Shown here piece after piece: positions 1 through 8,100 of a stretch of 32,000 nucleotides of DNA (the stretch's first letter is position 1; the number at the start of each line of letters is the position of its first letter). This DNA is from Candidatus Iainarchaeum sp. (GTDB lineage: Archaea; Iainarchaeota; Iainarchaeia; Iainarchaeales; CSSED10-239), in NCBI GenBank assembly GCA_028700115.1, contig JAQVTI010000002.1, positions 1 to 32,000 on the forward strand. Direction: 5' to 3'. The translations under genes and the position numbers were made by a program. The notes beneath the pieces were generated by a model, which did not search any database, was not told where the DNA came from, and saw only the letters and a list, made by a program, of their open reading frames with translations.

Positions 1-288
1 AGTGAATGGTTAGAATATTCTGAAGGTGGTATTACTTCTTATGATATTTTGACTAATTTAAATAGTTTAAGTTATAAAGATGTTTTTTTAATAAATAAAA
101 ATTATGATACTAGTGATGGAATTGGTGTTTTTTATAGTGATAGAGGGGATAATATGGGTGATCGTGCCTTTCTTGTGGGTGGTTATTGGAGCATTGGTTC
201 TTATGCCGGAGTTCTATCTCGGCATTTGAACACTGGTCCTTCGTCTCGGTACTCTTACTTCGGTTTCCGGTGTGTAGTAGTTCCATAA
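1..288 (+). CDS. DGR target protein, 3' end only (5' part lies outside the window); C-terminal C-type-lectin/FGE-like variable domain
   Basis: Frame 1 is open from base 1 (SEWLEYSEGGITSYDILTNL...). The ORF-track start at 49 is an internal TTG. C-terminus RAFLVGGYWSIGSYAGVLSRHLNTGPSSRYSYFGFRCVVVP* has the W...R...GFRC pattern of DGR variable domains, and its coding sequence is a mutated copy of the TR at 1239-1359. Confidence 0.9.
   Translation, partial: SEWLEYSEGGITSYDILTNLNSLSYKDVFLINKNYDTSDGIGVFYSDRGDNMGDRAFLVGGYWSIGSYAGVLSRHLNTGPSSRYSYFGFRCVVVP
162..282 (+). repeat. DGR variable repeat (VR)
   Basis: 121-nt ungapped match to 1239-1359 (offset 1077) with 15 mismatches, 14 at TR adenines. 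It ends 3 nt before the target-gene stop codon (CCA TAA follows). The invariant 3' segment TCGGTTTCCGGTGTGTAGTAGTT is the likely IMH-type region. Confidence 0.96.
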
Positions 289-381
289 AAAAGGATTTGA
301 TATTTACCCATCTTGTATTTTGACGGGATAGACGGCCAGACGGCAAGACGGGTCAGACGAAGTTGTTAATGCTTGAAACTT

Positions 382-426
382 GCAAAAATTTGTCCTCTTG
401 CCGTAAGGCAAGGTTCAAATTTTTGC
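382..426. promoter_or_regulatory. Nested stem-loop in the VR-downstream intergenic region
   Basis: GCAAAAATTTG (382-392) pairs perfectly with CAAATTTTTGC (416-426). Inside it CTTGCC (397-402) - GTAA - GGCAAG (407-412) forms a GNRA-type tetraloop hairpin. Confidence 0.7.
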
Positions 427-479
427 TAAAGCTTTTTGAAAGTAAGGCTTATTTCTAATATTTTTTAAAAGATGATTTG

Positions 480-848
480 ATGAAACTTGAAAAAAATGTA
501 ATTTATTTTACTGGTTATATTGAAATAAATGAACTTGTGTGTAATTTTTTAAAAGAACTTGATGATTTGCAAAATTTTCAAAATAATTTTATTATAATAA
601 ATCTTAAAAATAAATGTGTTTGTTTAATTGAAAATTTTTCAAAAGGTTATTCTAGATTTTATAAAAAAGATAAATGTTTTTTTTATTCTAAATCTAAAGA
701 TAATCTTTCAGAAATTATCTCAAATTTACTTTTATTATATAAATTTGATATTTTTACAAAAGAACAATTTGATAGATATGTTTATTTATTTAATTTGAAA
801 TTTTCTATTTTTAATGGTTTATTAAAAAAATTTGAAAAAAATGAATAA
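480..848 (+). CDS. Small uncharacterised protein (about 122 aa) inside the DGR cassette
   Basis: ORF 477-848; ATG at 480 preferred over the TTG at 477. It ends 2 nt before the Avd-like ORF. No family recognised. Confidence 0.7.
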   Translation: MKLEKNVIYFTGYIEINELVCNFLKELDDLQNFQNNFIIINLKNKCVCLIENFSKGYSRFYKKDKCFFYSKSKDNLSEIISNLLLLYKFDIFTKEQFDRYVYLFNLKFSIFNGLLKKFEKNE

Positions 849-850
849 AT

Positions 851-1183
851 ATGTTATCTGATTTAAAACTTTATAATGAAACTTATAATCTCATATTATG
901 GTTATATCCTATTTTTAAAAAATATCCTAAATCAGATAAATATAGTCTTGGTAAAAAACAAAAAGATATTTTATTAGAGGTTATGTCTGATATTATATTA
1001 TTTAGTAAAAATAATAATTTAGATTATCTTAAAAAAATTGATTTAAATTTAGAACTTTTAAGAATTTCTTTTAGGCTTTCTAAAGATTTGAAAATAATAA
1101 ATTTTAATAAATATGAAATTATTTCCAAAAAAATAACTTCATTAGGTTCTTTAGTTGGTGGCTTGATTAAGAAATATTTATAA
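851..1183 (+). CDS. avd: DGR accessory variability determinant (Avd-like, four-helix-bundle / S23-like)
   Basis: YNLILWLYPIFKKYPKSDKYSLGKKQKDILLEVMSDII...LKKIDLNLELLRISFRLSKDLKIINFNKYEIISKKITSLGSLVGGLIKK follows the typical Avd pattern (LWLYP, FPKSERF.LG, LELLR, LGG). It lies directly before the TR and RT. Confidence 0.85.
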   Translation: MLSDLKLYNETYNLILWLYPIFKKYPKSDKYSLGKKQKDILLEVMSDIILFSKNNNLDYLKKIDLNLELLRISFRLSKDLKIINFNKYEIISKKITSLGSLVGGLIKKYL

Positions 1184-1202
1184 ATTGTTTATAGTATATA
1201 CA

Positions 1203-1220
1203 TTTGTCTTAAAAGACAAA
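1203..1220 (+). promoter_or_regulatory. Short perfect inverted repeat just upstream of the TR
   Basis: TTTGTCTT-AA-AAGACAAA, 18 nt before the TR start. Confidence 0.5.
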
Positions 1221-1238
1221 GGTAGTATACAGTAAATT

Positions 1239-1359
1239 TCGTGCCTTTCTTGTGGGTGGTAATTGGAACAATGGTTCAAATGCCGGAGTTCTATCTCGGA
1301 ATTTGAACAATAGTCCTTCGAACCGGAACTATAACATCGGTTTCCGGTGTGTAGTAGTT
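1239..1359 (+). repeat. DGR template repeat (TR)
   Basis: Non-coding, Asn-codon-rich (read in the VR frame: GGNWNNGSNAGVLSRNLNNSPSNRNYNIGFRCVVV). 121-nt match to the VR with adenine-specific differences, located between avd and the RT. 53/121 G+C in very AT-rich surroundings. Confidence 0.96.
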
Positions 1360-1569
1360 TTTTCCTTTTAGGTTAAATTATGAGTAATTATATTTAAGGA
1401 TATAATTAGTATTTTTAAAAAACTACATCTGTATAAACCTGATTTGTGTTTTATTTTTAAAACACCTTTTGGAAATACCAAGAGTTTAAGTCAAAAAATT
1501 TTTTTAAAATTATAATTTTTAGTAGTTTTTGATAAAATGAAATTAATTATAATTTTCTTTTGATTTTTT
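1360..1569 (+). ncRNA. Putative TR-RT spacer RNA region with predicted hairpins
   Basis: No ORF in 210 nt. It contains TAATTATAT-TTAAGG-ATATAATTA (1385-1408) and GTGTTTT-ATTTTT-AAAACAC (1446-1465). Its position matches the spacer RNA needed for priming/cDNA synthesis in characterised DGRs. Confidence 0.5.
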
Positions 1570-2631
1570 ATGAAGTCATATAATAATTTGTGGTCTGAAT
1601 TTATTTCTTTTAGAAATTTATTTCTTGCTTTTAAAAAAGCAAGAAAAGTAAAACCTAATTCTAAACAAGTTTTAGATTTTTCTTTTAATTTAGAAAAAAA
1701 TTTATTTTCTCTTCAAAAAGAATTAATTGAAAATAAATATTCTGTAAGTGCTTATAATGTTTTTACTATTTTTGAACCTAAAGAAAGGATAATTAAATCT
1801 TTGCCTTTTAAGGATAGAGTTGTTCAACATGCTTTAATAAATATTATTGAACCAATTTTTGAAAAATCTTTTATTTATGATTCTTTTGCTTGTAGAAAAA
1901 ATAAAGGTATTCATTTTGGATTAAATCGATTAAAAAAAGTAATTCAAAATAAATCTTGTCTAAAATATTTTTTAAAAGCAGATATTAAAAAATATTTTTT
2001 TTCAATAGATCATTCTATTTTAAAAGAAATTATTTTTAAAAAAATCAAAGATAAATCTCTTCAAAATTTAATATCCATAGTTATAGATAGTGATTGTTCT
2101 AATTTATCTATAAATAAAGGTGTGCCTATTGGTAATTTAACTTCTCAGTTGTTTGCAAATATTTATCTTAATGAATTTGATCAATATATAAAACACAATT
2201 TATTTGTTTCTAAATATTTTAGATATGTAGATGATTTTTTAATATTTTCTAATTCTAAAAAAGACTTAAATAAAATTTTATATTGCTGTCGTGTTTTTTT
2301 AAAAAAAGAATTAAAATTAAAAATTCCTTTTAAGAAAGCAAATATTTATTTAACTAATAATGGAGTTGATTTTATTGGTTATGTTATTTATCCAAATTTT
2401 ATTAAAGTTAGAACTAAAAGTTTAAAAAGATTTTATAAGGTTTCTAAAAAAAATATTTATTTATATGATATTGACTATATTTCTAAAGTTCAACTTGAGT
2501 CTTCTATTTGTTCTTTTTTAGGTTTTTTTAAATTTTCTAGTTCTTATAATGCTGTAATAAATATTTTTAATAATAATATTATATTTTATAATTATTTTTA
2601 TTTATTTAATAAAATTTATTTTAGTTTTTAA
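1570..2631 (+). CDS. DGR-type reverse transcriptase
   Basis: RT motifs: ERIIKSLPFKDRVVQHALINIIEP; FLKADIKKYFFSID (A); GVPIGNLTSQLFANIYLNEFDQYIK (B, DGR-type SQ rather than QG..SP); YFRYVDDFLIF (C); GVDFIGYVI. No maturase or endonuclease domain. Located next to the TR and avd. Confidence 0.96.
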   Translation: MKSYNNLWSEFISFRNLFLAFKKARKVKPNSKQVLDFSFNLEKNLFSLQKELIENKYSVSAYNVFTIFEPKERIIKSLPFKDRVVQHALINIIEPIFEKSFIYDSFACRKNKGIHFGLNRLKKVIQNKSCLKYFLKADIKKYFFSIDHSILKEIIFKKIKDKSLQNLISIVIDSDCSNLSINKGVPIGNLTSQLFANIYLNEFDQYIKHNLFVSKYFRYVDDFLIFSNSKKDLNKILYCCRVFLKKELKLKIPFKKANIYLTNNGVDFIGYVIYPNFIKVRTKSLKRFYKVSKKNIYLYDIDYISKVQLESSICSFLGFFKFSSSYNAVINIFNNNIIFYNYFYLFNKIYFSF

Positions 2632-3148
2632 GATAAGAAGTTGTCATTTTCTCAATAATCTTGTTAATTTCTTTTTTTCCTCTTTCTATTTTATAAAAAG
2701 AAAGTGCATTTTCTTTATTATATTTATTTTTTCTAATAACTTTAATATCTAATTCTTTAATAATTTCTTTTTTTTTTTTTTTGTCAATAATTTTATTAGA
2801 TACAATATTTATAAAATAATTATTTTCCCCTTTTTTTAAATACCAGTTTTTTGAAATTTTATTAATTTGATCTGAACAGTTTAAAGTTAATAGCATTTCA
2901 GTAAATCTATTTTTTGATATATTAATTTTATCTATAAATTTAGAATATGTGATATATATCGCATAATTTAGGTGTATTTTGTTGTATATATGTGTGTTTG
3001 GGACAATAAATATTTCTATTTTATGATTTTGGTTATTTTTTATGTTTTCAATTCTTTTTAAATAGTTTTCTATATTATAAATATCTATTGTACAAAATAT
3101 ATTTTCAATATAATATTTTTTGTTATTAATATTAAATCTTTCTCTCAT
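2621..3148 (-). CDS. Possible Cgi121-like KEOPS complex subunit
   Basis: HLNYAIYITYSKFIDKINISKNRFTEMLLTLNCSDQINKISKNWYLKKGENNYFINIVS resembles the AxxxA...N(I)SN..E.LLY..G.RQI..A...FG pattern of Cgi121. It converges on and overlaps the RT end by 11 nt. Confidence 0.45.
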   Translation of the reverse strand: MRERFNINNKKYYIENIFCTIDIYNIENYLKRIENIKNNQNHKIEIFIVPNTHIYNKIHLNYAIYITYSKFIDKINISKNRFTEMLLTLNCSDQINKISKNWYLKKGENNYFINIVSNKIIDKKKKKEIIKELDIKVIRKNKYNKENALSFYKIERGKKEINKIIEKMTTSYLKN

Positions 3149-3197
3149 AATAAAATAATATGATCGTAACTGTTTTAAAATTTATAGGTGAACTAAC

Positions 3198-3593
3198 ATG
3201 GTTGAATGGAGACAAATTTCTAAAAGAAAAAAAACTGGTGGAATCAATAATGCAGTAAATGCAAAAACAAAGTCTTTAAGTAATAAAGGTGGAACTTTTG
3301 TAAAGACAACAGTAAATGATGTTGAAAAAAGATTTCAAGAAAGAACTATTGGTGGGAATAAGAAAGTTAAACTTTCCCAAACAAATATTGCTTTAATTTC
3401 TATTGCAGGAAAATCTAAAAAGGTAAAAATTTTAGATGTTTTAGAAAATGAAGCAAATAAACATTTTGTAAGGCAAAAAGTTATTACAAAAGGGTGTATT
3501 ATAAAAGTAGATATTGATGGAAAAGAAGAAAAAGCAAAAGTTACTTCTAGACCAGGTCAATTTGGACAAGTTTCTGCTATTTTAGTTAAATAA
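3198..3593 (+). CDS. rps8e: 30S ribosomal protein S8e (eS8)
   Basis: GGNKKVKLSQ...KVKILDVLENEANKHFVRQKVITKGCIIKVDIDGKEEKAKVTSRPGQFGQVSAILVK. Confidence 0.95.
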   Translation: MVEWRQISKRKKTGGINNAVNAKTKSLSNKGGTFVKTTVNDVEKRFQERTIGGNKKVKLSQTNIALISIAGKSKKVKILDVLENEANKHFVRQKVITKGCIIKVDIDGKEEKAKVTSRPGQFGQVSAILVK

Positions 3594-3602
3594 ATTTAAT
3601 TT

Positions 3603-4154
3603 ATGTTTTCTAAATTTAAACAAACTTTAAAAACAGATTTTAATAATAAAAAAAAAAGATTAGTTTCTCTTTATTTTTTATTTCTTTTTCTATTTTTCTT
3701 TATTATATTTTTTTTATTATTTTCAAAAACTTTTATTTATAGTTATATAAATTATTTTTATGGTATTTCTTCTTTTTTCATAATCAAAAATATTTTTCTA
3801 ATTAGTTCTAGTTTTGTTTTTGATAGTTTGAATAATGTTTCTATTATTTTAATTTCTTCTTTAAATTATCCTGTTTTTATTACTTTTTTATGTACTGGTA
3901 TACTTGAACTTAGTTTAATCTTTTCTGCTATAGTGTCTTCTTTTAATTTTTCTATTATAAAAAGATTAAAAGGTTTATTTTTAGCTTTATTTGTTGTTAT
4001 TATTTTTAATATATTTAGAATAAGTATAACTATTTTTATTATTACAAAATTTAATTTAGGTATTGCAAATTTAATGCATGGTTTTTTATTTAGATTATTT
4101 ATAATTATAATTGTTATTGGTACATATTATTTTTGGACTAAGAAAATAAAATAA
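3603..4154 (+). CDS. Archaeosortase/exosortase-family transmembrane protein
   Basis: Multi-TM protein with FLCTGILELSLIF, then KGLFLALFVVIIFNIFRI and MHGFLFR, matching the Cys/Arg/His signature of the exosortase/archaeosortase family. Confidence 0.8.
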   Translation: MFSKFKQTLKTDFNNKKKRLVSLYFLFLFLFFFIIFFLLFSKTFIYSYINYFYGISSFFIIKNIFLISSSFVFDSLNNVSIILISSLNYPVFITFLCTGILELSLIFSAIVSSFNFSIIKRLKGLFLALFVVIIFNIFRISITIFIITKFNLGIANLMHGFLFRLFIIIIVIGTYYFWTKKIK

Positions 4155-4538
4155 TTATTTATTTTCTTTAATAATTTTTTTAACTTGAGAAATAGTTGCG
4201 TATTCTAATGGATTAATATTATCTATAATATATTTCATTTCTTTTAAGTCTTCTTCTTTTGCAAATTTTTTTGAAAAAAGTTCTAAAGAATGTTCAAGGT
4301 GTTCTATTTTTTTTTCAATATTATCCATTCTTTTTGTAATGTCTTTAATCTCTTGAAAGTTTAGTCCTGTACTATTATTTGTAGTTTCTGTTTTTGATGC
4401 AATTTTTTTATTTAAAACAAGTATATTTCTTCCCAAGATTTTTTCATTATGAACTAAATATTTTATTTTTTGTCTTAATACTAAAAGACTTGATTGTAAG
4501 GCTTTAATATCTTGATATATTCCAGATTGTTCAGGCAT
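4155..4538 (-). CDS. Coiled-coil hypothetical protein
   Basis: Intact 127-aa ORF with heptad-like Leu/Ile content; its stop abuts the archaeosortase stop (convergent). Confidence 0.65.
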   Translation of the reverse strand: MPEQSGIYQDIKALQSSLLVLRQKIKYLVHNEKILGRNILVLNKKIASKTETTNNSTGLNFQEIKDITKRMDNIEKKIEHLEHSLELFSKKFAKEEDLKEMKYIIDNINPLEYATISQVKKIIKENK

Positions 4539-4719
4539 ATTTAATCTTTTTTATTTTTCTTATTTAATATATATTGTATATTTTCTTTTAAAGCTTTTTC
4601 TTTTTCTTTTTTTAGTTTCGCGTAATTAATTTTATTCAGTTATTAAATTAAATACCTTTATAAATACTTTCTCTCTATATATTATTACAAACCACATTTG
4701 GTTTTTGGAGGTATAATTT

Positions 4720-5124
4720 ATGAAAAAAGTGTTTTTTATTTTTATGATTTTATTAGTTTCTTTATTTTCAGCATTTATTTTTGCAGAAGATTTTGATATT
4801 ACTGATGTTTCATATTCTTATGTTACTTATGATTATCCAATATATCCAAATGTAAGTTATCAAAGAAATTATTCTCAAGCAGGTTATGATTATATAAATA
4901 CATATAATTCATATGCTACAATAAATCCATATTCTGGAACTTATTATAATTCTTATCCAGCATATAATTATTATGCTTATAATAATTATCCTGTATATAC
5001 TTATTATCCTACACATAGTTCGTATATAACTCCAGTTTATTCTTCTTATACAAATTATTATCCATATAATTCTAATAATTTATCTTATTCAAATGGAAAT
5101 TCTTATGTTTCTTTTACATGGTAG
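4720..5124 (+). CDS. Secreted Tyr/Asn/Ser/Pro-rich low-complexity protein
   Basis: N-terminal signal peptide (MKKVFFIFMILLVSLFSAFIFA) followed by Tyr-rich YPxY/YNxY-like sequence. Confidence 0.8.
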   Translation: MKKVFFIFMILLVSLFSAFIFAEDFDITDVSYSYVTYDYPIYPNVSYQRNYSQAGYDYINTYNSYATINPYSGTYYNSYPAYNYYAYNNYPVYTYYPTHSSYITPVYSSYTNYYPYNSNNLSYSNGNSYVSFTW

Positions 5125-5174
5125 TTTTTATTTTTAAAAAATGTTTTTTTTAATTTATTAATGTGTGATTTAAA

Positions 5175-8100
5175 ATGAAGTTTAAAATTTATTTAATATT
5201 TATTATTTTAGTTTTTATATCAAGCACACTATGTGCTTCATATATAGGTTTTGAATATACTGAGGTTAGAAGTACTAGTTATTATACTTTTTCAAATACC
5301 CAATATTCAAATTACTATGAACCAATTGATTTAAGATTTTCTGCATATTCATCAGGTTTTAATAATTATGTTCCAGTCAGAGTAACTCCAAGAGTTTATG
5401 GGGTTCTGCCAAATGGGCAATTAAACTTTGTTTATACTCTCCCAACTTCTTCATATTTATTATATCCAAACCTTCCAATTTCATATACTTATAATAATTT
5501 ATTTTATTTTGACCCAGAATATCAATTTTATGAAATAAAATTAGATATTGTAACTACAGATGGTGTATATTCAGATACAGATACATCTTATGTTTATTTT
5601 GAAGAAAATGGAACTTCAGGTAATTCTGGAAATTCTGGTAATACAAATGATCTTGAAGTTATAGATTGTTCTAAATTTTCTTTATCTGGATTTTATGATA
5701 TTTATTTAGAGGAAGATAAAGAAGATACCTATGATTTATATATTTATAATTCTGTTGATTTCCCATTAGATATTTTATCTGTTATAACAAATGATCTTTC
5801 TGAACTTGATGTTGAAGATATAACTTATCCTTATACAATTTCTTCTTATCAAACAAGAAGTGCTCAAATTGATTTATTAGCAGATACAGTTTCAGATGAT
5901 TATTCTTCTTTTATGGATGTTTATGTGACTGCAAAATACGGAGATTTAGTTTGTAATAAAGAATTTAGAGTAAACTATACAATTGAAGATAAAGAAAATC
6001 CTTCAACTGCGGATTGTTCTGATATAGATTTTGAAAATATATCTTTTGAGATTATGGAAGATTCAAGTGATAGATTTGAAATTGATATTACAAATAATTC
6101 TTATGATTATGAATTTGAGATAGAATCAGTTTCTATAAATGATTCTGAAAATTTAGATGTAGATGTTTCATATTATCCTTCAAGAATAAATGTTGATCAA
6201 ACAAGAACTTTAAAAATAAATGTTGATTCAGAAGAAATTGATTCAAGTACAACTGAGGAAATTGAAGTTAAAGTTAAAGGGGTTATGACTAGAGACGGAA
6301 GAGAAGATAAAACTTGTAAAGTAAACCAAGATTTTAGATTTAGAATAATTGATTCTGAAAATACCTCTGGTTTTGGAGAATGTTCTGATATTAAGATTTA
6401 TACTTCACAAATTTCTCAAGTAGAAAATATTTCTAAAGATTATTCTCTTCAAGATGGTTTTTATATTTATAATTCTTCAAATAAAGATTTTATTATTACA
6501 AACATAGTTTTTGATGATAGATCTAGTGATTATGATATTTCAAAAAATCCAATGTCTTATACAGTTAATGCTTTTTCAAAAAATTCACTTAATTTCAATT
6601 TAAAGACTTATGATGTTTTTAATGATTTATATAAATCTAAGGTAAATGTATATGGTAAGTTTGAAAATGGAGTAAGTTGTTTATATTCTGATATTTCAAA
6701 AGAGTTTAATATATATATAGGTAAAGAACAAAATCAATGTAGTTTAATTAAACCTGATAGTATAAATGTAAATGAAGGTAAAAATACTTTAAGAGTATAT
6801 AATAATTCTAATCTTGATTTTATTGTAAATGATGTTTTGAAATCTAATCTTTCTGATTTAGATATTGATGTAATTGACAATTCATTTACAATTAATAAAA
6901 ATTCATATAAAGATATTGAATTTGGAGTTTTAGGTAAATCTGGTTATGCTGAGCTTTTATATAAGGGTGGATTTGAAAATGGAGTTAGTTGTTCTTATAC
7001 AGATATTTCAAAGTCTATTTTAAAAAGTAATAATTATTATTTATCTGGTGATTGTGAATTTTCTTTTGATTTTCCAAAATATTTAACTTTAAATTCTAAT
7101 CAAGATATTAAATCTTTTGAAATTTTTTTTAAAAATAAAACAAATAAGTCTGGTTACATAGAATTAACTACAGATGGTGCTAATATTTCTCCTTCTTTTT
7201 TATATTTTTCAAGTTTTGAGGATTTTACAAATAATGTTTTTATTTCTGATTTTATTAATTCTACTATTATTAATTATAATATTAAATTAAGTGATTGCCC
7301 TAAAGTGAATTATTCTACTTTTTTAAAAAAAGAAATAATTTTAGATAATAGTTTAGAGTTATTGTCTTTTTCAAATGAAATTAGTTCTACAAGTAATCAA
7401 ATAGATACATCTGTTGTTTTAAGAAATAATTCTGATTTTTCAAAAACTTTTGTTGTAGCCCTTTCTGGTTTTCCTTCTAGTTTGTCTTATTTAGTTTCTG
7501 ATAATCTTAATTTTTCTAATAGTAATAATGTTTTTACAATTGCCCCACATCAAGAAAAGATTTTATATTTTAGAATAAATTCAAGTATTTTAACAAATAA
7601 TTCTTTTAATGGATTTTTTGAATTTTTTATAGATGATTCTTTAGTTTTGCAAAAGCCTTTAAAAATAACATTAATTTCAAATCATGTTGTTGAATTTTTA
7701 ATGTCTGTTGATGTTTTAGATTCTTCTAATAGTTTTTCTAAGTTTATTTCTATAGATGTTGTTAATAATTCTTTAAATGATATTAATTCTGTAATTGTAT
7801 TTAATAATCTTAAAGAAAATATGGATGTTTTAGGAGATGATTTGAATTTTTTTATTTTGAAAAATTCAAATATTATTAAACAATATGAAATTAAAAGTAG
7901 TAGTTTTTTTCCAAAGGATTATAATTTAGATGTTATGTTATATGATTTTGATAAAAATATACCTTTAGCATCTACAAATGTTGTTTTTAATAGAAAAGGT
8001 AGTTTATTTAATACAGGTTTTTTTTCTTTAGGCGTTTTTAATAGTATTACTTTGATTTTTTTGATAATTTTATTTTTAATAATAATTGTATATTTTATTA

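Noticed and set aside
110-346. Minus-strand 78-aa ORF
   Set aside because: It lies antisense across the VR and its GC-rich flank with no recognisable domain; the plus-strand reading explains the sequence.
162-1359. TR/VR pair as ordinary gene duplication or CRISPR-like repeat
   Set aside because: There are only two copies, and 14 of 15 mismatches fall at adenines of one copy. The TR copy has no surrounding ORF of the target type, and no spacer-repeat periodicity is seen.
1570-2631. Reverse transcriptase as a group II intron, retron or Abi-type RT
   Set aside because: The IGNLTSQ motif B, compact size, absence of maturase/endonuclease domains and the adjacent avd and TR/VR pair with A-specific differences all support a DGR RT.
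2761-2790. Long poly-T tract as a terminator or slippery site
   Set aside because: It lies in the coding region of the minus-strand ORF (DKKKKKEI) in an AT-rich genome; nothing further supports a frameshift signal.
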